A stretch of DNA of 64,000 nucleotides, from contig NMRA01000461.1 in the NCBI GenBank assembly GCA_002633005.1, forward strand, positions 167,861 to 231,860, read 5' to 3'. Source of the stretch: Phoronis australis. Its lineage: Eukaryota; Animalia; Phoronida. How positions within the stretch are numbered: the first letter of the stretch is position 1; each line of letters starts with the position of its first letter. Shown here one piece after another: positions 52,707-64,000 of this stretch. A program made the translations under genes and the position numbers. The notes under the pieces were generated by a model. It ran no database searches. It saw only the letters and a list, made by a program, of their open reading frames with translations, and had not been told where the DNA came from.

Positions 52707-54892
52707 TTAACTACTGGTAGGTGTTTTAACTTCCATCACCTCCTTCAGTCATACGCCAATTCCCAGTCTGCAGTCAAACTATTGAACACAAGTTCATCTG
52801 TCTGTTCATACATGAGTAGGAAGTGCAAAGATTCGGCTTAAAACGTAATTGAGATTCTAATAAGACTATCACAAATGTATTTTTGTGGAAAGTGAAATGG
52901 CATTCATATTTTAGGTTTATGAATATTGAGTGACATAATGTACTTGATGAAAGCCAGACACATTGCAGAGGTTATGAGGCAACAAGTTACACTGGAACAA
53001 ATGTCGTACACAGCATCTCAAGGTTGGTTAGAACAAACATGGAAGAAAACACGAGCGATCATCTCATATGATCCCTATGGAACACCACTGATTGCTGTAA
53101 TGCAGATTAGTCTGGAGTAGAATGTGTTTAGAACGTCCACTAGTATGGTTATAACTGGATAACCTCTGTAGTTGTTCTTTTCAACACCATGGTAATGTTG
53201 TAAAATGGAAAGGTATAATTTATGTTTGATGCCTTAGATAAATTGATAAATGAATGATGTTATTGGATGATATAGCTATTTTCGAAATATTGCAAATTTC
53301 AACATAGGCCTACAAGATAAATGATAGCCCATTGTGTAGACTGATGTATCATGAAACCATATTAGGAAGCAAAAATAGTAATCGATGACGTATTCGACAG
53401 TTTTTAAATATTTTAGATGAGCATGGGAAAAATAAATATGTTTATAATTGTTAAGAGTGATTTTTTCAGATGACAAGTAATGAGGCAATTTAAGATAAAA
53501 TGCTAAATGGTCTCGACACGCTATTCTAAGCATGCCTTTCCACGGGGGAAAGTCAGATATCATGGTTTTCTCCACTGGCATTCGACACATTTTACGTCAT
53601 TTTCAATGCTAATTAACACCTCGTTGGGCGTATTTCAACGCTGTGTTGCTGTTGTTAGTTTAGTCACGTAAATAACATCATTGTTGCAATTATTATAGAT
53701 TTTGTCGTGCGTTAAGAATAAAAGTTCTCAGTATATTGTAATTAAAGCTTGCATACATTCAAGTTGTTCTCTAGATACAAGTTGTAATACAAGTATTATT
53801 ACTAATTGCCACTGTAGACACTTTTATAGTTCCTGTTGTTCATTGTCATGTGATTTTATTTTCATTTCTAGTCAACACACACAAGATTGAAAATTATCGT
53901 GTTAAATCCAGTGTGCAGTTGATTGTGTATTTTCTTGTTTTAACAAGTTGGCATGCAATAAAAATTATATATTATTTGCCAAGGGCACTTCTGCATGAAG
54001 TTATTCGTGCCACAATTCAAGTATGTTGTAGCCTTGCAGCAATATTTTTTTTCTGGTGGTTCGCAGAAACTTCTATATAACCCCATGAAGATGTTTGCGG
54101 CAAACTTGCAGCAATGTGAGTGGCTGGGTTGGGTTGCAGGAACTGTTCCATATAAGGACATAGAGATGTTTGCTGCCGAAGCTTGCGGCAAACTTCTGCA
54201 TGGTAAAAGTTTGCTGCATGGTTTCGGCAAGCATGCGGCAAGCTTGCTGCAATGTTTGCGTCTAGGTTGCATGAAATTTGCATCCACTTTTTGTTCAGAG
54301 TTGATTCTACGTGTTTGGGGCTGGTTTGCAGAAACTTTGCAGCAAGCTTGCCGCAACGTTGCGGCAAGCTGGCGGCAAGTGTTTGCCGGAAGGCCTTTTT
54401 TGGTATGGGCGACGCTTGTGAAGTAATTGTTTACTAATAGAAAGCCCTGCGATCAAGTTATCGTGTGGAAAGCTGTTCTCACAAAGTCCCCTTATCATAT
54501 GTATACTCTGCTGTCGATCACAAGGTTGAGAATGATATTCTTTCAATAACACCACCTAGTTACAGGCATTTAATTCCAGTCGTCCATTGCTAATCAGTGA
54601 TTTAGACGTGAAGCAGTAATAAAACGTGTTAAAGTGGATGTTAAATTGTGTTCACCCCATGCCTATTCATCGTCGCATAAATTCCACCCAGTTATGTCTG
54701 GCATAAGGTAACAATCTGGATACATCAAAAGCAGTATTAGCGACATCACAGCTGCGATAACTCGTACACCCACCATCACCACTGCTATTGCTGCTGTGCT
54801 GGTGTCACCATGCTATAGCAAAACCAATACCGGCAATTGTACTAATGTCACTGTAAATTACAGAACTTCATTCCACGCTCCCATTTTTACAG

Positions 54893-54994
54893 AAGTTTGA
54901 TTCAACCGTTGCAACTAACATAGACGAGGAGGGTCTGCAACCCGACGCTCACGCCGGAGACATCCTGGGTGAAGAATTCATGACAGAGTCTGAC
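54893..54994 (+). CDS. Astacin propeptide exon
   Basis: 102-nt phase 0-0 exon (TTTTTACAG/GTAAAG). KFDSTVATNIDEEGLQPDAHAGDILGEEFMTESD contains the GDI propeptide motif. Confidence 0.7.
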
Positions 54995-56151
54995 GTAAAG
55001 TAGTTATATCACTTGACATTTTGAGAGCCCGGCGTAACTACCATTTGACTCTGGACATAAGGAGTCGCGTGGAAGTTGAATGTCGTGGATGTTATAGTAA
55101 CTATCTGGCATGTGTAAGTGATAGACATAAGGTTACATAGCACCCTAGAAAATGGCTACATCTGGCTAACTTCGGAACATGAATCTCGGAATTGACTGGT
55201 CGGTTCATATGAACCTTTCGAATGGCTACGCCTAATGGAATGTTCACTGAAAAGATGAGCGACAATTTGCTCAACTTTTACACCGCTGTCGGGTCTTTGT
55301 CTAAACCATTTATAGCAAGGGAGATTTTGGTACGTTGTTTTGCTGCCAATTTACGGTTCGTTTCAGTCGGCTAAATTTTAGTCAAAGAAATGGTCACGTA
55401 GATCAATGGTGGAAAACGAATAAAGCGGCAAAGATTAGATCTTAAGGTGTTCTACTTGTACTTCCAGAGAGTAGGTACAATTACTTAGTTGAAATCAGTT
55501 ACATATGTAAGCATTTGACTAAGTTCACAACCTTGTAGCTGCTTTCCTACCTAACTCTAAGTAAAATTATCAAAACGTTCTAGGATTTTCAAATTTCTGG
55601 TGTCATTTTCTGTATGTACGGAATTTTAACATGTAAACTTTGAAAAAATTCTGTCATCGTCTTTCAAATTTGAAGGAACTTCAAGTCAGTATTGATGTAC
55701 AATGTACGCAGAGTTTTTTCGCGATAAAACGACATTTTTTACCTTCCAACTGTACCTAAATCAGCTTTTAATAAGATGCTATACCGTCTAATTTATTTTC
55801 AAGAAACGACCAACAAGTTTATTTTTTATAGGCAACCAGGCAATAAAAGTAGAAAAACATAGTGAGAGGGCAAAGACAATATATAATTTATGCAACCATC
55901 GTGTGCACGCTATTAAATTTACTCCTTGGTTTTATTCAATTGTTTCTAAAAAAATATTCTTAAATTGCGGCTAACGTTGGATATTAGATTACATGTGCAG
56001 CCCAACTTCTTGTGCATATGCATGACCCAATCGCACACAAATTCGATAAGTACAAAATATTCATGTAGTGGAAAAAGCATGATCACGGACGACGTATAGA
56101 TTTAGTGCTTCTACACTGAACGATGTATCCAAATCCCTCCTTTCATTTCAG

Positions 56152-56363
56152 AAATTCTCCAAACGGAAGGCAGTCTTGTTCCAACAGTATATATGGCCGG
56201 AGGGCATTATACCGTGGTATTTCGATTCCAGCCGCGAATTTCAGAACCAAACGTCACGTGACAAAATTTGGGACGCCATCTACCACTGGCAGAACTTGAC
56301 ATGTTTACGGTTCCCTTACAGGAACACGGATTCCAATTATTTGAAGATAGGGACGGGAACCGG
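56152..56363 (+). CDS. Astacin catalytic domain exon (N-terminal part)
   Basis: KFSKRKAV..WPEGIIPWYF..IWDAIYHWQNLTCLRF..YLKI..GTG. Basic processing site, phase 0-2. Confidence 0.9.
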
Positions 56364-59066
56364 GTAAATAACTTACAGTTTCGCAAATGAACTCAATAAG
56401 TTTTGTCCTTGTCTAATTTGGGTGTAACTTTAGCAATTCCTACCATAAACAGCTGCTAGGTTGACCTCAACTTAATCAAGAATGAAATGTTTCTAAAAAT
56501 AATTCAAACGTGGCACGTAGCCAAAAAGGAAGCAGGGAGTTCTGCTACGAGTACTAAAGCTCAACCAAATTGACAGATGTGCTCCGCTAACAGTTCAGGA
56601 TCTCTGAAGCCGGCGCCAGCACGAGCTCGCTTACAAACCTCCCAAACAATAACTGAAGATCGAATTTGCTCCTAATGTCCATGCAGTTTATCAAATGAAT
56701 ATAATTCATGCATACCTGCAAGTAATCATAATGCTTGTGCAATTGAAGACGGCAATGCCTTCTGCATAATGTCGCATTCTCATAGGATGTCGTTATTTTC
56801 AACCGTAGTTGTAGCAGTAAGAATTTGCTGCGGACATAAACAAACGTGGCAACGAACAGGAAACGTCTGACAATTTGATTAGCGTAAACACATTGTATAT
56901 GTACAGTACATGTATATAGCCACATACAGTGTACATATATATTAAGAATCTCTGATATTTCATTTGTCTAATATATTATATTTATATGTTATCCGTTAGA
57001 TATATTATTTGTGTTACGATTTAGTAGCCTGTGTGTCGTGGTGCAAGCATGGAAGTGCGAGAAAGCTCTAGCAAAAATGAAAATAAAATGGACACTTGTT
57101 TAAAGTCGATGTCTTTTTGCAAATTTTGGTAAAGATATATATTTTGAGCTAGTAGGATCAGTAAGTGAATATCACAATTTGCCAGCTGAGCATTTTTCAA
57201 CACTCCAACCAAAACAGATGCTGTGTCTACGGGAATATCTACCTCATATACAGGTTGTATTTGCTTTCACCATTTGGTGAACAGAAGCCAAAACGAGATA
57301 TTATACGGCATTCTCAAAACAAATGAAAAAATGTTCACTGTGCTCTCCACACAGAGAACGTAAGACTTCTGTTCTTACTTCAGTTTATGCAAAGTTATTG
57401 GTTGGCAACACCCCGCGAATTAGCTGGTACTTAAACCACCTTTGTCTCACGATGTTTTGAGGTTATTGTCCAGAGTAGAGGTTGGTTTACCCCTGTGTTA
57501 TTGAACTCTCATGTCTCACACTTTCATGACCTTTTACTTGTTACCTTGACCTTTGCATGGCAGCGGTGGTTGTACCTTTGGGAATGTGCACCTCGAAACA
57601 AGTCAAAATAGGAGTTAGTAGTATTTGGCGTAGTGAAAAAATTGATGTTTCAGTATTTCTACCTCTTTTTTATTTTCTGAACGGGGTTCTATGCAGACTT
57701 AAACATTTACTACTAAACGCCTCGTTTTTATGCAATCTCATCATTCAATACTTTCATGAATCTCATAACATACAAAAGACAAATAGAGTAGATATTTTTA
57801 AAACGGTCATAATTAAGAAAGCCTAACATATTTGTCTTCAGCAGCTACCCCATGCGAAACATTCTGCAGGCAGAAATTCTTTCCCATCAACCGTCCATTC
57901 GTAGAAGAGGCATTGTGGCCTATGGATTAGGTGCCGCTTCTTTCCTCAAGGTTGTGCGTTTGAGTCCAGTTAGAGCACACTGGGAGACCCTTAAGTCGGG
58001 TTTTCAGCTCCTCAGCTCAATTCATCTATGTGTAAATAAAGCAAAAAATTGGTTCCAGGTGATTTGTGCAATGGGCCCACCTCTGATACATTGTGTAATA
58101 GCCCACAAGTACTTATTTTTCAATCTATCCGTACTCGCAATTTAATTATACATGTAGATGTGCTTCATATATCGGACGCCAAGGCTTTCCGCAACCCATA
58201 TACCTGCTTGAAAATAAAGGCGGAGGAACGTGTTTAACAGTGAGTATGCTAACACGTTAACACTGATTTCCTCTCTGAAGAATGTAACCTAGTTTTGGCT
58301 TGGTGAGATGACTTAAAACTGACAAAAATCAAATTCTTTCCGTTTTTATGCAAAATCCAAAACAACGCAGCCACTGGGAGTTTTCTTAACTGTAAAGTTT
58401 AGAATATCGCTAAGTATGAAACTTGAACGACTTTTTGTCGCTTTTTGGAAGCATTTTTTCATGGAAAACAGCGTTAACTGCCTTCTAGGGAATTGGGGTT
58501 GTGGAACAAAAAACGTGGATCCACAGAAATAAAATCATTGTTCAAAATTTAAAAACTGTTGGTATCCAGACACATGTTTAACATGACATCAAGTGACAAT
58601 GGTCAATTTCTTTTATCAGATGTCATGTTTGGTCTATTTGTTGTGTTACCTGGGCGTGCTGACGTTTCCACCCCGGTATATGAATTACAAATGTACATTA
58701 TTCTTATTCTTATTACTATCACTGTTACTATTTCTGTTACTGTTATTGTTATTGTCGTTGTTGTTACTGTTATGACTAGTATTAATCTTTGAAACTATGT
58801 GGGAGTTGTTGGTTTGCTCGTGGAGAAATTGAAAGCAAAACTCTTGACGGAAATTCAAAACGGAGCTTTCTGTCTCTGTTTATTCAATGGATGAAGGAAG
58901 CTAAGAACCGAGTATTAACCTCACCACCCCGTTGAGGTGCATAACGACAATACTTAAAGAAATGTGTTATTTATTCTTCATTTATACTTAAAGAAACGTG
59001 TTAGTTATTCGTCATTTCAAGGAAAAGATTATAGAGGATGTTTGTGACATTTACCAATTATTGCAG

Positions 59067-59261
59067 AGAGGACTCATCGCGCACGAGATTGGACACGCCG
59101 TTGGGTTCTTACACGAGCATATGAGAATCGACAGGGACAATTTTGTAGAGATTCTTTGGGATAACATTCTAGACGGAAACGGAGATAATTTCAAGAGTTA
59201 CAATATCACTTCACTTGCCGTTGAGTACGACCTTGAGAGCGTTATGCACTACGGGTTAAAG
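59067..59261 (+). CDS. Astacin zinc-binding exon
   Basis: RGLIAHEIGHAVGFLHEHMRIDRD (HEXXHXXGFXHEXXRXDRD) and the Met-turn YDLESVMHYG. CAG/GTGAG, phase 0-0. Confidence 0.95.
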
Positions 59262-59611
59262 GTGAGAATGGGAGATAACTCCTACAGTGTTATATCCATC
59301 AACATTATACTAATTCCCAAATTTGGAGTACACATGTCAACCTTTGTTTAATACATATATTTTAAGATAATACGAGTAACCGCTCCATTTTGTTCAATAC
59401 GGGATTTGAAATAAAGACTTTACGGTGGAAGCTGGGCACGACGGTTTTGCCACTTGATAACTGACTCCCACATGCACCACTTATAACCCCCTACCCGTTG
59501 TCTGTGTACGGCTCTCTCATCAGCATAAGTGACTGAAACTTTGCGTTTAACTGCAACGTCAACATGCTCGCTTGGAATGGTCGTACAGAATGTTTAATCT
59601 TGATTTTCCAG

Positions 59612-59738
59612 ACATTCTCTAAAAATGGTCAGCCAACCATTAGAACAAAACGAGAGGAGTTGTCCTTTTTACCCGGAAGTCGTCATGGTCTGACGTTTTA
59701 CGACGCAAAAATGGCCAACATCGTTTACAATTGCAAAG
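59612..59738 (+). CDS. Astacin catalytic domain C-terminal exon
   Basis: TFSKNGQPTI..PGSRHGLTFYDAKMANIVYNCK, phase 0-1. Confidence 0.9.
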
Positions 59739-60070
59739 GTCTGTGTACACGAGTCTGAAATACATGTATTAAATTAAATTACATGAAGAATTCGTTTTAA
59801 TGACTAAAGCAGAAGTAAACCGTCCTCAAAACCGCCTAAGGCTTAGTGTTCTACCGTCAAGACATGTACAGTGTTATTGAAAATATACTGGACAGACTTC
59901 GAAGGGATTCTGTCAACTTCCGTCAGACAAAGAAGAATGCCTTCCTTGAGTTAGTAATGCCACTGTTGTCAAACTTTTGTCGCAAACAACTTTTGAGTCG
60001 GACTTTATCCAGCGTCTTATGAAAAGTGCGACAAGCAACACCTGCCGAAAATTTGTCAAGATTTTGCCAG

Positions 60071-60414
60071 GGCCCGGTCTCTAATCTTTGTACTCGAAAC
60101 GAACTCGAAACTATTATTGGCAATTTCTCTGCTCCTTTTGTGCGAACTTAAGATAACTAGTTATCAGACTGTGCTCGAATACATTATAGTTTATGCATAG
60201 GAGTTTCTAGTTCAAGTTTGCCCTTGAAGACCCTTATATTCGTGCTACAAACTCGAGTAAAAACTCGAACTTTTTGCTTTAATATTGGGTTTACAAACTG
60301 TGTACTCGAGCATTGAATAATAGACACTTATCTTGATTTCGCCCAAAAGTAGAGTAGAAAATGCCAAACCTAATTTAGAGTTCCATTTTGAGTAAAAAGA
60401 TTGGAGACCGGGCC
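60071..60414. mobile_element. PIF/Harbinger-type MITE
   Basis: TIRs GGCCCGGTCTCTAATCTTT / AAAGATTGGAGACCGGGCC extending imperfectly for about 120 bp. 3-bp CAG on both flanks (60068-70 and 60415-17). Confidence 0.8.
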
Positions 60415-60905
60415 CAGGATTAGAACATAGACTTCTCAAAAGGAAATGGGGATTTCTTCGGTTTTATGTTTTGTAGAAACTGTCGAGTTTCGAAATTGTC
60501 CAGCTGGTTTTTCTTGAGACTAGACTCCAAAAGTTGGCTTGCTCTTTTACGTGCTGAGCATGCTTTCAAGAATTTGTAATTTGAAAAACCCAAAACCTTT
60601 TGATATCTGAGTGAATAGAAAGCTGCGAAAAGTTTCATATTGGCAAGTGTTAAACAAGTTCAGTTTATGAAAAAAGGCATTTTACAAACAAACATTTGAA
60701 TTGTAAGTGCACAAGTTATTGGGAATGGTAAACCACAAACACACGGCGCTAAAAAGTGGTGTGGTCAAATAGGGGCTAATGCATTCCGCCCAGATGTTTG
60801 AACACGACTTATTGCTGACACCAGATTTCGGTTACAAAATATGTTACTATTATAAAGAGTTTTAAAGTTCCCTAAGAACATGTTCCGATTTTCTTGTCAT
60901 TTTAG

Positions 60906-61028
60906 GCGATTGCAACAACACGTGTCACAATCACGGCTACCCTTTCAAGACCCCTGACGAAGAGTGTGTGTGTAACTGCCCTTCGTATTTGACCGGTGAC
61001 TGTAACGCATTGGATAGCGCCACAACAG
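60906..61028 (+). CDS. EGF-like exon following the astacin domain (BP10/SpAN-like layout)
   Basis: 123-nt phase 1-1 exon DCNNTCHNHGYPFKTPDEECVCNCPSYLTGDCNALDSATT. Not in the ORF track. Confidence 0.85.
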
Positions 61029-61209
61029 GTACTGAAGTGCCTATGTCAAATCTCTTCTGTGGCAGTGGTTAGAAAGACATGGTAATAGCTTTACTGAGAA
61101 ACAGGGAGAGTATGAGGGAGGGAGAGAGGATGGATGGAGGTATTGGGGGGAAAGAGACGTTGGAGAGGTACAGAGACGGGCATGTTGCAAACTAAACCCC
61201 CATTCTTAC

Positions 61210-61330
61210 GCATACATGTACACACATTTAATGCTTACGAACGCACGTACGCACACACGCACATGGACGCAGGCAGCCAAACACACTCACTCGTGCACAC
61301 ACACAGACACACACGCACACACACATACGA
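61210..61330. repeat. Degenerate (CA)n microsatellite
   Basis: CA-rich run preceded by a GA-rich tract. Confidence 0.7.
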
Positions 61331-62695
61331 ACTCATATACAAAGACTCTCGTACAAAATAAAGTAAATTCATAGGAAGAATTGCAATTCAATACAATACA
61401 AACGTTACATCACAATACTTAAACAGAATGGTACACATTCTTCGGGCTTAACGAATTCATTTAATTTACAAGTGCGATGCAGAACCTGTCAAAAAACATA
61501 AAATACCTATGTGAATAGTTCCGGGCAGGTGATCAGTTTTACTCAGTATGAGTTAGCGTGATATCCTAAAACAAAACAAAACAAAATGAAACTAGACATT
61601 GCATTGTGAGCTTGTAACATCTAAATAGGGAAAGCATAAACGCTAGTTGCGCCGATTCTTTGTGAGACGTTACTTCCCAGAATGCAGCTGTAAGTTATAC
61701 TTTAATGGCTGTTACATTACCAATTTTTGATAAAATTCCTATGGTACATGTACATGTATGTGTGTACATTAAGACGGTTGTTGACTGCATAATTTAGGAA
61801 GATTCCCATCAATTGTGGCATGTTGCACTTGGATTTGTGAGTAAAATGGTGATTAGCATGGGTAGAAATTTGCATGGCCTAAGTCGTGGTCTCCTATAAT
61901 GTAGAATCCGAGTGATTTTGGAGAATTACATGTATCGCCCAAGGGGCATTCAAAAATTAACGAAGGATCTATGCAAGAGAATTGCGACTGACATCTTGAA
62001 GTAATCTTTTTCTCCCACATGCAATGTACATGTATTGAACAATAAACATTGCAATGAATCGATCTACCTTTCTCGACTCGCCTCGGCTTTCAAACTACAT
62101 TCTATGCCACCGGCCCTAGTCAGAGGTCGTGACCACTTTAACAATCGCCAAGTCATTCTTATTAGAATAATGTTTTTTTTTTCTCAAAAGCAATTGAAAA
62201 TTGAAATGAAAGCGCTCGAAGGAGAGAACATTGATGAAATTAACTGAAAAAAGACGACGATTGGCATGATGACGTCGATGATGATTATAATGATGAAGGT
62301 GGCGATTATGAACAACACTATATGTGACAAGCAGTTGTGAGAAATCAGGAAATAGGATAGAGTCTTCAGCGACACTTGGCGAAATTAATTGAAAAGACGA
62401 CGATGCAGATGATTACAAAAATGACGAATATGATGATGATGGTGGCGTTGATAAACATGATGATAACACTCATATGACGAACGTAGATGTCAGAAATCAG
62501 TAATTTTGGGGACAAATAAAACAACAAGAATAATGTATACTTTAAGTAATATTGAGAATTTTAGGGTCACATCTTTACAAATAAGTATTTCACGGAAGGA
62601 ACCAGATGGGTTCCTTACTTACAAGAGATAAAACACACACTTCCGATACCCAAAGTGTAATTGAGTATAGGATGCTAAGTGGCACATGGTAGCAT

Positions 62696-62845
62696 AGTAC
62701 CAAATGGGTACATAATACCAAGTGGGTATTGGCCGAATGCCTACCAACTGGGTCGAGCAAAACGGCAAATTGGATAACAAGTACCAAGTGGGTACAAATT
62801 GCCAAATGGGCAAATATCATGTAAAGTACCAAGTGGGTACACCAA
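62696..62845. repeat. Short interspersed direct repeats GTACCAAGTGGGTAC (about four copies)
   Basis: Copies near 62697, 62716, 62781 and 62826; probably the interior of a non-autonomous element. Confidence 0.6.
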
Positions 62846-62935
62846 ACAGCCAACTGGGCTATAACAACCTTCAAAGCAGGGTTCCGTACAAGCTGAGTGA
62901 GCAGACCAGCCGGAGTGATAAAAAGAGATAGGCTA

Positions 62936-63278
62936 CAGTCGTGTTCAATAGCCGGTAAACTAACAGCACAAAAAATCGGTCAACAAAGGAACGCCGTTTT
63001 CAGTAAATCTCAAATAAATCAAAAAGTAAAGCCTTTATCGAAAAATGAAAAATATCTTCTGAACGCCCGTTTAAAACTCTATCTTAGAACTTAGTTTTAC
63101 AAAAATTTGTATTTTTTGAAAAAAAATGAAATTTTCCCTTTTTGGACATTAAAATCAAATAACTCGAAAAGGGTAAGTCTGAGAAAGCAATTGTTGGAAT
63201 TCACTTGAAAGAAACTACCATATGCAAAAATTCACGTCATTTTCTCTTCACGTTTAAAATGGCACCCCAGCACGACTG
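62936..63278. mobile_element. Possible Tc1/mariner-type MITE
   Basis: TA|CAGTCGTG ... CACGACTG|AA, short TIR with only one intact TA flank. Confidence 0.35.
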
Positions 63279-63915
63279 AACATTGGCCAACATGCGCCCG
63301 ATCCGCCATCTTGGAAGCACCTTCCGGTTGTTTAGCATCAAATATTAGCTCGTTATAGAAAACTTTCGAAGTAATTGGTCTTATAATGCGCTCAAAATCG
63401 AGGTGAGCAGATAGTTCCGCTATCTTTGGTCAGAAGTACATGTAAATGATTCCTCGCATACATGTATTACTTGTATTGTTTCATATTTGCACTTGAATTC
63501 TTTAGTAAAAATAGTTTCGACTTAAATTACCTGAAATGTTCCTTAAGTTTTCCAATTAGCCTTTCGAAGTCGGGATTAACCGCAGATTAAGTCAAAATCT
63601 GCGCTAGATCGCACCCCGCAACGAGAAAAATCTGGACGAACACATATGTTGTTGTCACGTGACATTTGTACTGAAGTGAGTCAACAGGTGTACACGGAGT
63701 GAGCGAGCGCGTGCGTGTCATCAGTGATCAATTGCCAGAGTACCATGCCCAAGAGCTGTATATGTAGTTATATTTATCTCTTTGAGCAGGCCCACATATT
63801 ATATGAAGGCCCTAGCGCCCGCTTCTTTGCCAAGTTGGGATTCGCGTTTTTTATAATTTTACGTGTACAAAACAATCTGGATTCCTGTTGGGGAGAAAAC
63901 CTGTACGGGAAAGAT

Positions 63916-64000
63916 CAGTGGCGGATCTAGGATATCACAAGGGGGGGGCCCAACATTTTGTCCGGCTGTAAACATTTGCGCAAGCTGAACCACGATTGTA
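63916..64000 (+). mobile_element. Left end of a hAT-like MITE, cut by the window edge
   Basis: CAGTGGCGGATCTAGG followed by a G-run, a typical hAT-MITE terminus. Confidence 0.5.

Larger units (their letters stand above)
49156..54409. mobile_element. EnSpm/CMC-like non-autonomous DNA transposon
   Basis: TIRs CCCATACCAAAA / TTTTGGTATGGG, 2-bp CG flanks on both sides (49154-55 and 54410-11), arrays of GCAAGCTTGCGGCAAAC / TTTGCAGGAAAGTTGCAG subterminal repeats at both ends. No transposase ORF recognised. Left end duplicated at ~46898. Confidence 0.8.

Noticed and set aside
53940-54555. Several overlapping 60-143 aa ORFs on both strands
   Set aside because: They arise from stop-poor subterminal repeats of the EnSpm-like element and show no protein motifs.
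58559-58792. Hydrophobic ORFs as a membrane protein or the missing astacin exon
   Set aside because: Hydrophobicity comes from a degenerate (TTG/TTA)n repeat, and the phase-2 reading after the AG at 58619 hits a stop without the expected motif.
62240-62480. Duplicated GAT-rich segment as an acidic coding exon
   Set aside because: Degenerate trinucleotide repeat with stops and no splice support.

Overview
This is AT-rich, intron-containing animal genomic DNA, probably from a marine invertebrate (inference). No prokaryotic systems, CRISPR arrays or rRNA were seen. Host genes: (1) a minus-strand modular extracellular protein with one EGF exon and three 177-nt Sushi/CCP exons, running off the left edge, with candidate signal-peptide exons further upstream; (2) a frameshifted MFSD4-like MFS transporter pseudogene at 27.0-28.8 kb; (3) a plus-strand astacin (M12A) metalloprotease of BP10/SpAN-like layout (signal peptide, propeptide, HEXXHXXGXXH, Met-turn, EGF) from 40.1 kb, probably continuing past the right edge, with one expected catalytic-domain exon that I could not find. 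The rest is dense in transposon relics. The most notable are three diverged Kolobok-type derivatives that pair a THAP transposase 5' end with a convergent KolX/P2X7-ballast-like gene 5' end; the best copy has ~140-bp TIRs and TTAA target duplications. There are also further THAP relics, a 5-kb EnSpm/CMC-like element, several MITEs, a CR1/L2-type LINE fragment, tRNA-derived SINE heads and a 34-bp minisatellite. Three near-identical tandem duplications, each centred on a single N, are most likely assembly artefacts. All calls are by eye; no database searches were run.
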